This document shows, piece after piece, positions 27,905 to 37,902 of a DNA stretch of 64,000 bases. Source of the stretch: Nitrospinales bacterium (GTDB taxonomy: Bacteria > Nitrospinota > Nitrospinia > Nitrospinales > VA-1). Each line of letters starts with the position of its first letter. Within the stretch, counting starts at the first letter, position 1. The position numbers were made by a program, and so were the translations under genes. The notes beneath the pieces were generated by a model. The model saw only the letters and a program-made list of their open reading frames with translations. It did not search any database and had not been told where the DNA came from. The stretch lies in assembly GCA_965223345.1 (NCBI GenBank), contig CBDCWG010000012.1:2464001-2528000 (forward strand), given 5' to 3'.

Positions 27905-30739
27905 TTAGTTAGCGGAGATTTTGACGGTTTTGTAGATGAAGTTTTTGAAGCTGACGAATTTTTTCTTTTCGCCGGGGTCGGTGTGCATTTCGGGGCCGCA
28001 GACTTTCAGCCGCACGGCGAGTCCCGGCAGGTTGGTCTGGTAGCGCGATTTGGCGGTGTCGATGAGGGTCTTCACGGTGCTGCGCGTCAGGTGGTTCTCG
28101 CGGAACGGCTGGTGCACGCCGGTCCAGAAATCGGCTTCGCCGGATTCGAGCCGTTCGAGGATCGCTTCCACCTGCCCCTCGGCGTTGTTCGCGCCCGCAT
28201 GGGCATTGGATTCGGGCTGCGCCTCGCAGGCGGCGAGGATGTCGGCTTTTTTGATCTGCGCGCCTTTGCGGAACAGCATGGCGCGCAGCAGGATGTTTTT
28301 CAACTCGCGCGCGTTGCCGCGGAAGGTGCGGGTCTTGAGGAACTGGATGGCCTCGGGATCGAGCTGCGGCGGCGACTCTTTGGCGGCGTCGTTCTTGTAG
28401 GTGTTGAACAGGATGCCGAGAAAATGAGTCGCCAGATCCTCGATGTCCTCCAGCCGCTCGTTGAGGCAGGGGATGCGGAAGCTGAGCGCGTTGAGCCTGT
28501 GGTACAGGTCTTCACGGAACCGGCCCTTCTGGATTTCCGCCTGCAGGTCGCGGTTGGTGGCGGCGATGAGGAAGATCTTCGAGTAGCGCGGCTGGTTTTC
28601 CCCCAGGCGCATGAACACGCCGGTGTCGAGGAAACGCAGCAGCTGCACCTGGGTCTTGGGGTCGGCGTCGCCGATCTCATCGAGGAACACCACGCCGGTG
28701 TTGGCTTCTTCCAGGATGCCCTGGCGGTTGAACTCCGCGCCCGTGTAGGCGCCTTTTTTGTGGCCGAACAGTTCGCTGTAGGTGAGTTCGCCACTGTAGG
28801 CGGCGATGTTGGTTTTGCGCACGGGCAGCTTGTACTGCGGCCCGATCTCTTTCTGGAAGATCTCGGTGAGGCGCGAATAGATGTTGTTGAAGAAAAATTC
28901 CTTGCCGGTTCCCGTCTCGCCGTAGAGCAGGAGGCAGGGCAGGCCGGGCGACGCTTCCAGCTTCTTGCCGTTGTTCCACTGCAGCATGCGGTTGCAGATC
29001 GATTCCACCACGGTGTTGACCTGATCGACGAGGTTGTGAATCTTGCGGCTTTTGCCGATGACGTTGCCGAAGTAGTAGGAGGACACTTTGGGGTCGCGGT
29101 ATTCGATGTCGCGCCGCAGCTGGGTGATCTCCTGGCGCAGTTCCTCGATCTGCTTGAGGTTGTGGAATTTTTGCCCAATTAGGCTCGCAATGATTTGCAG
29201 GATGCGCTTGTGCTCTTCGGTGAAAAAGTTTTTGCGGAAGCTGTCCTGGTTGATGACGCCGAGCACGTTGTTGCCGTAGGTGATGGGCACCGCCAGTTCG
29301 GAGCGGATCGCGGGCGACAGGTTCTTGTAGAAGCCCTTTGTCTGGGCCGGGTCCTGGGTGTCGTTGGTCAATATGGAACGCGCGCTGTGGGCGCAGAATC
29401 CGGTCAGGGATTTCAGGTCCTCGGGCAGCTCCTCGCCGCCGACGGGCAGGGGAGGGATGGTGCTTTTCATCCAGCCGCGCGATTTGGCCCCCACCTGCTT
29501 GCCTTCGCCATCCTCGACCACGAGCCAGGGTTTGCCCTCCATGATTTTCAGTACTGAGATCGTGCCGCTGTGCGCGCCGATCAACTCGGAGGTCTTGTCG
29601 AGGATGCGGTGCAAAAAGGTTGTGAGCGAGGTGTCCTCGTTGGAGAGCAGTTCCTTGATCTCGCCCAGCACCTGGATCTCCACGCGCTCGGGGCTCTCTT
29701 CGCCGATCAGTTTTTCCACCATCGCCGCGTGGTCTTTCAACAGGTGCTGCTCGAACTGGGTGAAGCGGTAGGGACGGCTCGTGTAGTAGTTGACGGCGCA
29801 AAGGAATTTGCCGGTGGTCTTGTCGAACTTCAGAAACTGGAACAGGGAAACCAGATCGATCTCGCGCGCCAGCGCCTTGCGCGAAAATTCCACGTCCTTC
29901 AGGTCCTCGATGTAGACCGACTCTTCGGCGGTGGGCGTGGCCACCAGCCCCTGAACGGGATCGTAGCGCACCGACCGGTTGAGGATCGACTTCGTGGTGG
30001 CCAGGTTCAACTGGTCGTCGTTCTTGTAGGCCTGGCCGTGGCTTTTTTTCTGTGAGAACACGGCCAGAAGCTCCACGCGCTCGGTTTTTTCCTTGCGCGC
30101 GGTGATGAATTCGTGCGCGGGGGAGGGCACCCACACCGAGGCCAGGGCCAGGTTGTCGATCAGCTTGACGGCGGAACGCATCAGCCGGCGGGCGGCTTCC
30201 TTTTTGCGCGCCAGATCGAGGTGCTTGGAGAAGGTGACCTGCTGGTGAAAGCGCTTCGCCCGTTCGATGATCGGGCTGATCTTGGATAAAAACGCGTTGA
30301 TCTCCCAGATTTCCGTTTCGTTGAGAAACGTGCCGTCCTCGCCCCAGTCGAGGCTCAGTGTGCCGAAGGGACGCAGGTGGTGGGTGATGGGAAACACCGC
30401 CGAGGCCTGGATGTCGGACATTTTCTCGAACGGGCTGCGCAGTTTCGCGAAGCCTTCCGGCAGGTTCCAGGAGAGCAAAACCTGGTTTTCGATGAAGGCG
30501 CGCGACATGATCGACGCCTTGGGCGAGATGAACTGGGTGACCGGGCGTTCTTCGGCCTGGTTCTGGCCGGTGACGTACTGGCAGGTCAGCATGCCCTCGT
30601 ACAGGTCCTCCAGATAGATCCGCACCATCTTGCAGGGAAACCGCTTCTTCAGCCCGGTGGCCGTGTAGTGCAGGATGTCGGACAGGTTTTCCTTGTCGAA
30701 CTGTTCCAGCTGCCGGTAGAGTTTGTTCAAATCGTTCAT
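27905..30739 (-). CDS. sigma54-dependent enhancer-binding protein with multiple GAF domains
   Basis: GETGTGKE, SELFGHKKGAYTGA, FLDEIGD, IAATNRDL, GRFREDLYHRL, GNARELKN; GAF signature RSELAVPI..LGVINQDS. Confidence 0.92.
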   Translation of the reverse strand: MNDLNKLYRQLEQFDKENLSDILHYTATGLKKRFPCKMVRIYLEDLYEGMLTCQYVTGQNQAEERPVTQFISPKASIMSRAFIENQVLLSWNLPEGFAKLRSPFEKMSDIQASAVFPITHHLRPFGTLSLDWGEDGTFLNETEIWEINAFLSKISPIIERAKRFHQQVTFSKHLDLARKKEAARRLMRSAVKLIDNLALASVWVPSPAHEFITARKEKTERVELLAVFSQKKSHGQAYKNDDQLNLATTKSILNRSVRYDPVQGLVATPTAEESVYIEDLKDVEFSRKALAREIDLVSLFQFLKFDKTTGKFLCAVNYYTSRPYRFTQFEQHLLKDHAAMVEKLIGEESPERVEIQVLGEIKELLSNEDTSLTTFLHRILDKTSELIGAHSGTISVLKIMEGKPWLVVEDGEGKQVGAKSRGWMKSTIPPLPVGGEELPEDLKSLTGFCAHSARSILTNDTQDPAQTKGFYKNLSPAIRSELAVPITYGNNVLGVINQDSFRKNFFTEEHKRILQIIASLIGQKFHNLKQIEELRQEITQLRRDIEYRDPKVSSYYFGNVIGKSRKIHNLVDQVNTVVESICNRMLQWNNGKKLEASPGLPCLLLYGETGTGKEFFFNNIYSRLTEIFQKEIGPQYKLPVRKTNIAAYSGELTYSELFGHKKGAYTGAEFNRQGILEEANTGVVFLDEIGDADPKTQVQLLRFLDTGVFMRLGENQPRYSKIFLIAATNRDLQAEIQKGRFREDLYHRLNALSFRIPCLNERLEDIEDLATHFLGILFNTYKNDAAKESPPQLDPEAIQFLKTRTFRGNARELKNILLRAMLFRKGAQIKKADILAACEAQPESNAHAGANNAEGQVEAILERLESGEADFWTGVHQPFRENHLTRSTVKTLIDTAKSRYQTNLPGLAVRLKVCGPEMHTDPGEKKKFVSFKNFIYKTVKISAN

Positions 30740-30994
30740 CGCACTCTCTGGGTAAAGGAAGTAAATAGTGAGTATATTATTAACACACTCGCAGGCGGAT
30801 GGCGGCAAAATTCAGGGATTTTGGCAATCCGAAACCGGCAAAAAACTCCCGTTTGAAATCTGTACGGGGCAATAATTTCCGGGTCTGCAATAGGGATAAA
30901 CGGTCACAGGATTTTGCTCCGCAGGGCTCTAAAAATTTGACCTTTAAATTCAACTATTTACGAACCGTTGATTTTCGGGTGATTTTGCGCCGCA

Positions 30995-31010
30995 CGGCAT
31001 GGACCTTGCT
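30995..31010 (+). promoter_or_regulatory. sigma54 (-24/-12) promoter of flgB
   Basis: CGGCATGGACCTTGCT matches TGGCACG-N4-TTGCW, about 30 bp upstream of the flgB ATG. Confidence 0.75.
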
Positions 31011-31039
31011 TTTACTTTTGCGCTATCAAGGAGACGCCG

Positions 31040-31465
31040 ATGCTGATCGACAAATTGCTCTATTCCGATGAAGTGCCGAAGATCATGAAACGGAACCTGG
31101 ATTTCGTGTCCGCCCGGCACTCGCTCATTTCCAACAACATTAGCCAGTTGGACACGCCCGGCTACAAGGCTCACGACATCGACTTCAAAAAGCAGCTGCG
31201 GGACGCGCTGGGGACCGGCTCCAGCCTGAGTCTGAAGACGACCCATCCAAGGCATCTGGGGCCCTCGGAAATGGCCCTGAAAGGGCTCACGCCGATTCCT
31301 TTCGAGGTGGGCGGAGCGGAAAAGTCGAACGGCAACAACGTCAACATCGATCAGGAAATGGCGAAGCTGGCGGAAAACCAGATCGCCTACAACGCGGTGA
31401 CCCAGATGATGATGAAACGGGGGTCCACCATCAAGAGCGCGGTGACGGAACTGCCGCAACAGTAA
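31040..31465 (+). CDS. flgB: Flagellar basal-body rod protein FlgB
   Basis: NNISQLDTPGYKAHDIDF, THPRHL, NGNNVNIDQEMAKLAENQIAY. Confidence 0.92.
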   Translation: MLIDKLLYSDEVPKIMKRNLDFVSARHSLISNNISQLDTPGYKAHDIDFKKQLRDALGTGSSLSLKTTHPRHLGPSEMALKGLTPIPFEVGGAEKSNGNNVNIDQEMAKLAENQIAYNAVTQMMMKRGSTIKSAVTELPQQ

Positions 31466-31511
31466 GGGTTTTCGGGGCGTTTCCCGTATTTCGGCAGGGT
31501 GAAGTCAGGCA

Positions 31512-31540
31512 TTGACAAACACCCCCCAAGGTGATAATTT
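31512..31540 (+). promoter_or_regulatory. sigma70-type promoter upstream of fliE
   Basis: TTGACA-N17-TAATTT with extended TGn. Confidence 0.55.
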
Positions 31541-31570
31541 CAATAAGATACAATTTTTTTGGGCTTTTTC

Positions 31571-31888
31571 GTGAACGACATCACCGTACAGAGCAACCTC
31601 AGAGCACTCCAGGGCCCGCAGGCTCCCGGGAAGATTGTGCTCAAACAGGATGCGCAAAAAGCCGAAGGCGCGAATTTCGCCGAAACCCTGACCCAGTCGC
31701 TGGAGAAAGTCAACGAGCTGCAGAAAGAAGCGGACGTGGCCATCAAGGATTTCGTCTCCGGCGAGACCCGCAACATCCACGAAACGATGATCGCCGTGAA
31801 CAAGGCCGATCTCGCGTTTCGCCTGACCATGCAGGTGCGCAACAAGATCGTCGAAGCCTACCAGGAGGTTCTGCGCACCCAGCTGTAA
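31571..31888 (+). CDS. fliE: Flagellar hook-basal body protein FliE
   Basis: IHETMIAVNKADLAFRLTMQVRNKIVEAYQEV. Confidence 0.92.
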   Translation: MNDITVQSNLRALQGPQAPGKIVLKQDAQKAEGANFAETLTQSLEKVNELQKEADVAIKDFVSGETRNIHETMIAVNKADLAFRLTMQVRNKIVEAYQEVLRTQL

Positions 31889-31918
31889 CGTCAATTTCGC
31901 ACACCCATCGTATCGGCC

Positions 31919-31949
31919 GCCTCTGGATCGGATTCCAGGGGCTTTTTTT
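31919..31949 (+). terminator. Terminator after fliE
   Basis: GCCTCTGGA/TCCAGGGGC stem plus T7. Confidence 0.75.
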
Positions 31950-32160
31950 GTGCCTTCTTGGCGTTGACAAGCACCGGGATTTGACGGATAGTGAGTTGTA
32001 TTGATTCCGCATGGGCGATGATAGCGGCGCCGCTCCAGCACGGTGCGGGCCGCATGAACACGCAGAAAACCGAACGTGCGGAAGCGGCCTCGTTGTGAAG
32101 AGGCCTTCTCAAACCAGTCAACGGATCCTTATTGAGGATCACTTCATAGGTGAGGGTGTT

Positions 32161-32550
32161 ATGAAACAGTGGATCGGATTGGCGCTTGTGATCGGAATGG
32201 CGAGTGGGTTCACTCTGGGTTCAGCCGACCGCGCCCTGGCGCAGGCGGGCGGGCATGCCAGCGTCGGGCTGGGGCATGGCGAGGAAGGCTACCTGCATCT
32301 TCAGGAGATGGTCAAGCATCTGGAATTCAGCCTCAAGATGCCGGATGCGAATCAGGAATTGAAAATGCACGGCGGGCAGGCGTTACAGCATGCCAAAGAA
32401 GCGATGAAGCATTACGACGAAGCGCTCAAGCACGCTTCGGAATCGCTGGGCCGGCGCGCCCGCAGCTCCGGCATGGAAGGGTCGCACTCGCACGAGGAAG
32501 GATCCGGGGGCCAATCGCATGAAGCGCCGAGAAGCGAAGGCTCGCACTGA
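32161..32550 (+). CDS. Periplasmic His-rich small metal-binding protein (SmbP-like)
   Basis: Signal peptide; periodic His in helices (HLQEMVKHL, HAKEAMKHYDEALKHA); SHSHEE/EGSH tail. Confidence 0.7.
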   Translation: MKQWIGLALVIGMASGFTLGSADRALAQAGGHASVGLGHGEEGYLHLQEMVKHLEFSLKMPDANQELKMHGGQALQHAKEAMKHYDEALKHASESLGRRARSSGMEGSHSHEEGSGGQSHEAPRSEGSH

Positions 32551-32562
32551 GCCAACAGCTCA

Positions 32563-32874
32563 TTAAATTTTAAGGCAGATGTCCTCTCCACGGACGGCGA
32601 CGGGAAACACGCGCGTGTTGAATTCCTCACTCACGTTGCACGCGCCGGTTTCCAGGTCGAACCGGTAGCCGTGGTTGGGGCATTTGATCCCCAGACCGTC
32701 CAGTGTGCCGCGCAGCAACGGGGCGGTTTTTTTATGCGGGCAGGTGTCGCGGATCGCATAATAGCGGTTGTCGATGTTGAAGATGCTGATCCGCTCACCG
32801 TCCACCTCCACACGCTTTCTTTCCCCAGGCGGGATGTCGGCGGTTTTCGCCACCGCGACGAAATCGCCGCTCAT
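32563..32874 (-). CDS. Rieske-type [2Fe-2S] ferredoxin
   Basis: CPH..CPNHGYRFDLETG; start overlaps the rhodanese stop. Confidence 0.88.
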   Translation of the reverse strand: MSGDFVAVAKTADIPPGERKRVEVDGERISIFNIDNRYYAIRDTCPHKKTAPLLRGTLDGLGIKCPNHGYRFDLETGACNVSEEFNTRVFPVAVRGEDICLKI

Positions 32875-33812
32875 GAGCCCTCCGCCGGAAGATCGGGGTT
32901 GCGGCTCCAGTCCCACCACGAACCGTCGTAGTTGCGCACCGGGATTCCCAGACTCCGGAGCGCCAGATACGCCATGCCCGAGCGCACCCCACCCGTGCAG
33001 TAAACCACGACCTCCTGATCCGGCTTGACGTTCGATTCTTCCAGCACCGCAAGCACTTTCTCTTTATCCAGCAACGCGCCGTCCTCGAAAAACCGTTCCC
33101 AGGGCAGATGTTTTGCGCCGGGAATGTGGCCGCCGCGTTTCGAGCCGTAGGGGGTCGCGCCGTCGTATTCCTTGCGCGTGCGGGTGTCCAAAAGACCGAG
33201 CGAGCGGTCCGCAAGGCGGCTGGCAATCCAGGCGCTGTCCGCGGCGACATTCGGGTTCAGCCTGATGTCCGCGGCTGTGAGGTTGGAAGTTTTGGGTTTG
33301 GGGCCGCGTCCGAATTCGGTGTCTCCGCCGGCACTCTGCCAGGCGGCCAGTCCGCCGTTCAGCACCGCGACCGATTCGAAGCCGAACCGCTCGAACATCC
33401 AGAAGAAGCGCCCGTCGGTGCGCCATTTATCGTTGGGATCGCCGTAAATGACGATGTTCGTTTCCTTTGCGATTCCCAGCGGTGCGAGTTTTTGGGCAAT
33501 GAATTCCGCATCTTCGATGAGCAGGCCGGGCACGCCATCGACCTTGCGGGTGAAACCCCGCCAGTCCGCGAGGTTGACCGCGCCTGGAATGTGGCCGAGC
33601 AGGTATTTCCAGTTGGAGCGGGTGTCCAGAATCACCGTGTTTTGCGGCGGCAACTGCTTGAGCCGTTCCGCGGAAACCGTCACCGAAAGCCGGGTTTTTT
33701 CCGCCGCCCAAACTCCGGGAACTCCAATGGAAATAAGGAGTAAAACCAGCAGCAGGATGCCCCTGATTTTGCTTGACAAAATACCGCCCTGGTTAGTAAT
33801 ATCTACACTCAT
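32871..33812 (-). CDS. Two-domain rhodanese/sulfurtransferase with signal peptide (start uncertain)
   Basis: GHIPGA twice, LNGGLAAW, active-site YCTGGVRS, YDGSWWDW. Confidence 0.9.
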   Translation of the reverse strand: MSVDITNQGGILSSKIRGILLLVLLLISIGVPGVWAAEKTRLSVTVSAERLKQLPPQNTVILDTRSNWKYLLGHIPGAVNLADWRGFTRKVDGVPGLLIEDAEFIAQKLAPLGIAKETNIVIYGDPNDKWRTDGRFFWMFERFGFESVAVLNGGLAAWQSAGGDTEFGRGPKPKTSNLTAADIRLNPNVAADSAWIASRLADRSLGLLDTRTRKEYDGATPYGSKRGGHIPGAKHLPWERFFEDGALLDKEKVLAVLEESNVKPDQEVVVYCTGGVRSGMAYLALRSLGIPVRNYDGSWWDWSRNPDLPAEGS

Positions 33813-34199
33813 TTTTCACTTCGTTGCCTTTCAAGCTAATAAATATATAAAAAACCGAAATTTACTTCCATCCGAATTCTTGCAGCAGGTCGAGGGAATT
33901 CCCAGGACATCCTCTTGGTCTTAACAATCCCGAATCCGGGATTTCACCCACCCTCCGAAGCCCGAATCGGAAAGCTGTAACAAAAAGGTTTTTTATTGGT
34001 ACATTAATGTCGAGCGTTTCCGGAGTTTGCGTTTCCCTCGCTCTTTATTATAGATGACAATACAGGTGATGGGTTGTAGGAAATTCTGTTTTGCATCTGT
34101 TTGAAAACGCGGAGACGAAGCTGACAAGTTGCGTCCGGGCCCCTGTTTTCCGGAGGCGGAAAAAAGTAACCCAGATACTCTGGCCCAGTTGGAGGAGTT

Positions 34200-35345
34200 A
34201 TGACGACGAGCGATCAGGATAAGGATAACGAGTCCAGCAAGAAACAAAGTGCTGAGGACCGGCTCGAAGAGATCAAACGGGAAGAGAAAGAAGACGCCAG
34301 CTCCTACTACGCCCAGGGAAAGGAAGAGCCCCCTAACATGGAAGAAGAATTCGCCAAACCGGTACCCGAAGTGGACAAAGCACGAGAAGAAATGAATCTG
34401 CTGAAAGCCGTGGCCTTTTTGGGGCTGGGGCTGGCGGCGCTCGCCATCATATTCATCCTGTTTTTCATCCGCGACCTCGATCAGCGCGTGGGCGGCATGG
34501 ATTCCACCGTCAACAAGCTGGAAGAGTCGGTCGGGCCGTTGAAGTCCGAAGTGGAAGCCAGCCTTTCGAAAGTCGAAGCCGATCTGCAAAAGCGCATGGG
34601 TGAGGTGGAAGCGGCCGTCACGTCGGTGAATTCCAAAATGGCGGGTCTGGAAGGCCAGTTGGGCGACTTCGAACGCGAAATGGCGATCAAGGAACTCAAA
34701 CGGGCGCTGCACACGGTTCGGGAAATGTCCACCGTGTCGGGTGAAGGCGTACAGAGCCGCACCCAGGATGTGGTCGCGAGCATCGAATCGCTGTTGTCCG
34801 AGATGGGCGGCGGCGAGGCCTCCAAAGGCATGGGAGCCTCCGGTTCGCCGGCGGGTGTGGTGAAAGTGCAGGAAGCGCCTGCGGAAGAGGCCGCTCCGGC
34901 CGAGCCGGCAGAGGAAGAAGCGGCGGCTGAAGAGCCTGCCGAGGAAGCCGGTGAAGACGAAGCGGGCGAAGAAGAAGCTGAAGAATCCGCCGAATCCGAT
35001 GAAGCCGAAGAGGCCGGCGAGGAAGAAGCCGCCGAAGCGGATGAGTCCGAAGAAGCCGGCGAAGACGAAGCTGAGGAGTCCGCCGAGTCCGATGAAGGCG
35101 AAGACGCCGGAGAAGAGGACGAAGAAGGCGACGCCGAAGCGGAAGATTCTGATGAAGGCGGTGAGGAAGACGATTCCGCGGAAGAGGACGACGGTGAAGC
35201 TGAGGAAAGCAAAGCCACCGACGCCGATATTTCCGACGATGAAATCGCCACCGGAGGCGACGATTCCGGTGCGAACGAGCAGACCGCAGCGGCGGATATG
35301 GAAGAACTTCCGTCAGTGGAAGAAATGCTGAGTGAGGAAGAATGA
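34200..35345 (+). CDS. Single-TM coiled-coil protein with long acidic low-complexity tail
   Basis: GGAGG RBS; one TM helix; heptad region; E/D/A-rich C-terminal third. Confidence 0.75.
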   Translation: MTTSDQDKDNESSKKQSAEDRLEEIKREEKEDASSYYAQGKEEPPNMEEEFAKPVPEVDKAREEMNLLKAVAFLGLGLAALAIIFILFFIRDLDQRVGGMDSTVNKLEESVGPLKSEVEASLSKVEADLQKRMGEVEAAVTSVNSKMAGLEGQLGDFEREMAIKELKRALHTVREMSTVSGEGVQSRTQDVVASIESLLSEMGGGEASKGMGASGSPAGVVKVQEAPAEEAAPAEPAEEEAAAEEPAEEAGEDEAGEEEAEESAESDEAEEAGEEEAAEADESEEAGEDEAEESAESDEGEDAGEEDEEGDAEAEDSDEGGEEDDSAEEDDGEAEESKATDADISDDEIATGGDDSGANEQTAAADMEELPSVEEMLSEEE

Positions 35346-35389
35346 GCATTCAGTGATTGTCAATCCGGTAATTTTTCTCAAGAGAAGGC

Positions 35390-35716
35390 ATGGCGGCTAT
35401 TAAATTCATCATCTCCATATTGTTTCTGATTCTGGTGGCATTCTTTTCGGTCAAGAACATGCATTCGGTGGGAATCGAGTACTACGATTTCCAATTCCAG
35501 CGCCAATCCATCGAACTTCCCCTCATGGTCGTGGTGCTGGTTCCCTTCGTCGCCGGTTTTCTGTTTGCCTGGTTTTTCGGTTTCCTGCGGTCCATCGGGC
35601 TGCAGACCAGCGTTGCCAGGAAAAACCGCGAGATCAACACCCTGAGCGCCGAGCTGGACCGTCTGAAAACCCATACGCCCTCGTCCCAGGCCTTGCACGC
35701 GGTCCGCGACAACTGA
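35390..35716 (+). CDS. LapA (DUF1049) family membrane protein
   Basis: TM-FSVKN..ELPL-TM-coiled coil architecture. Confidence 0.7.
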   Translation: MAAIKFIISILFLILVAFFSVKNMHSVGIEYYDFQFQRQSIELPLMVVVLVPFVAGFLFAWFFGFLRSIGLQTSVARKNREINTLSAELDRLKTHTPSSQALHAVRDN

Positions 35717-35810
35717 GTTTTCCGTCCCGACGGCGGACGCTCACGGGAGGAGTGTTGCCTTTCCTCCCTTTTTCCTTTTGATTCCCGTTTCCTGAACCGC
35801 TCCTGCTTTT

Positions 35811-36854
35811 TCAGGCGGGCTGCTGCTGGGTGATGCAGTGGATGCCGCCGAGACCCACGACGAGCTGTGTGCCGTCGATGGGAACGACGGTGCGTCCGGG
35901 GAAGCAGTCCGTGAGGATTTCTTCGGCCCGGGCGTCGTTGGCGTGTCCGTAGACGGGCAACAGCACCGCCCGGTTGCCGATGTAAAAATTGGCGTAGCTT
36001 GCGGGCAGGCGTTCCCCGTAAGGTGCGACCGGTCCCGGCAGCGGCAGCGGGCGCACCGTGAACGGTCTGCCGTGCGCGTCGGTGGCCCGGTCGAGCCGGC
36101 GGCGGTTTTCCAGCAGGCCGCGGTGGTTGGGGTCGTTCGGGTTCTCTTCATAGGCGCACAGGACGGTGTCCGTGTCCACGAAACGGGCGAGGTTGTCGAT
36201 GTGCCCGTCGGTGTCGTCGCCTTCCAGGCTTCCCGCCAGCCAGATGACCTGCGTCACGCCCAGATAGTCTTTCAGGTACGTTTCCATCACCTCGCGCGAG
36301 AGGCCGCCGTTTCTGTTCGGGTTGAGCAGGCAGGGCTCGGTGGTCAGGCAGACGCCGCGGCCGTTGCTTTCGATCGCGCCGCCTTCCAGAACGATTCCCG
36401 GTTCGAACACCTCGCAGCCCACGCGCCGCACGATTTCCATACCGGCGCGGTCGTCCCACTGCCAGTCGTATTTTCCACCCCAGGAATCGAATCCCCACAC
36501 ATTGGCCGCAACCGAGCCGGATGCGTGCACCAGAAAATTGGGGCCGTAGTCGCGGATCCACGCATCGTCTGTGCGGATGCGATGCAGAACGACGCGGTCC
36601 TCCTCGATGCTGCGCTCGCGGCACAGGGTGTGAACACGTTGCCCGGTGGGGCCGTCGTTGACCAGGATGTGCACCGATTCACCGGCAACCAGGGCGGCGA
36701 CGATTTCCAGATAGGTTTGCTCCACCGCAGCGAGCGTGCCCGCTCCCGGCCAGGTTTCCGCATTGTGCGGCCAGGCGAGCCAGGTCGCGGCGTGCGGTTC
36801 CCATTCGGCGGGCATGCGGTAGCCCGATGTGCGGGGGAGGTTCGGCTCAGTCAT
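35811..36854 (-). CDS. aguA: Agmatine deiminase
   Basis: RMPAEWEPH, WIRDYGP, EGGAIESNG, DDTDGHID, GGIHCITQQQP. Confidence 0.93.
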   Translation of the reverse strand: MTEPNLPRTSGYRMPAEWEPHAATWLAWPHNAETWPGAGTLAAVEQTYLEIVAALVAGESVHILVNDGPTGQRVHTLCRERSIEEDRVVLHRIRTDDAWIRDYGPNFLVHASGSVAANVWGFDSWGGKYDWQWDDRAGMEIVRRVGCEVFEPGIVLEGGAIESNGRGVCLTTEPCLLNPNRNGGLSREVMETYLKDYLGVTQVIWLAGSLEGDDTDGHIDNLARFVDTDTVLCAYEENPNDPNHRGLLENRRRLDRATDAHGRPFTVRPLPLPGPVAPYGERLPASYANFYIGNRAVLLPVYGHANDARAEEILTDCFPGRTVVPIDGTQLVVGLGGIHCITQQQPA

Positions 36855-37722
36855 CCGAGCCGCGGTAGATTCGGGAGATGTCCTGATAGGCGTCGATGCG
36901 GCGGTCGCGCAGAAACGGCCAACTCTGGCGGGTGATTTCGATCTGTCCCAGATCGCATTGGGCGATCAGGATCTCCGGCGCGTCCTCTGCGGCCTCGGCG
37001 ATGATTTCGCCGAACGGGTCGCACACGAACGAGCGGCCCCAGAAACGGATCGCATCTTCCTTGCCGACACGGTTGGCCGCCGCCAGAAACACGCCGTTGG
37101 CGATGGCGTGGCCGCGCTGCACGGTCTGCCAGGCCGCGGCCTGTTTGTCCTTCTCGGCGTCGTCAAATTCCTGGTAACCGATGGCGGTCGGGAAAAACAG
37201 GATCTGCGCGCCCGAAAGCGCGGTGAGGCGCGCCGCCTCGGGAAACCACTGGTCCCAGCAGATGAGCACGCCGATCCGGCCGTAGCGGGTTTCAAAGCTT
37301 TGAAAGCCGGTGTCGCCGGGCGTGAAGTAGAATTTTTCGTAAAAGCCGGGGTCGTCGGGGATGTGCATCTTGCGGTAATGGCCCACCTGCGAACCGTCGG
37401 CGTCGAAGACCACGGCACTGTTGTGGTAGATGCCCTCGGCGCGTTTTTCGAACAGCGGCGCGACGATGACGATCTGCTTTTCGGCAGCGAGTTTGCTCAG
37501 CGCTTCGGTGCTGGGGCCGGGCAGGGACTCGGCCAGCGCGAACCGTCCGGCGTCTTCCTCCTGACAGAAATAGCGCGAGCGATACAGCTCCTGCAGGCAG
37601 ACGATCTGCGCGCCCTTGTCCGCGGCGTCCAGGATCGCGCACACCGCTTGTTCCAGGTTCTCTCTCAGATCCTGCGAGCAGGCCGACTGCACCAGCCCGA
37701 TAGTGACGATATTGCTTTCCAT
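36847..37722 (-). CDS. aguB: N-carbamoylputrescine amidase-like carbon-nitrogen hydrolase
   Basis: LQELY, YRKMHIPDDPGFYEKFYFTPGD, ICWDQWFPE; coupled to aguA. Confidence 0.85.
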   Translation of the reverse strand: MESNIVTIGLVQSACSQDLRENLEQAVCAILDAADKGAQIVCLQELYRSRYFCQEEDAGRFALAESLPGPSTEALSKLAAEKQIVIVAPLFEKRAEGIYHNSAVVFDADGSQVGHYRKMHIPDDPGFYEKFYFTPGDTGFQSFETRYGRIGVLICWDQWFPEAARLTALSGAQILFFPTAIGYQEFDDAEKDKQAAAWQTVQRGHAIANGVFLAAANRVGKEDAIRFWGRSFVCDPFGEIIAEAAEDAPEILIAQCDLGQIEITRQSWPFLRDRRIDAYQDISRIYRGSDD

Positions 37723-37902
37723 GACGGTGTTCCTCTCTCCCGCTTCATCGATTGAAAGTCAGGAGTATAAAATGAATGCGAATCACAGGGGCAAAAATAT
37801 GAGATTGCCAATTTCTCTGGATTTGGCTTTCCGGCCCTAACCGGACATTCAATTCCTGAATAAAGACCTGTTTGAAGCAATTTGTACAGTTTACGCAGTG
37901 CG

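Noticed and set aside
34481..35251. Ser-rich 256-aa minus-strand ORF
   Set aside because: Antisense mirror of the GAA/GAG-rich acidic tail.
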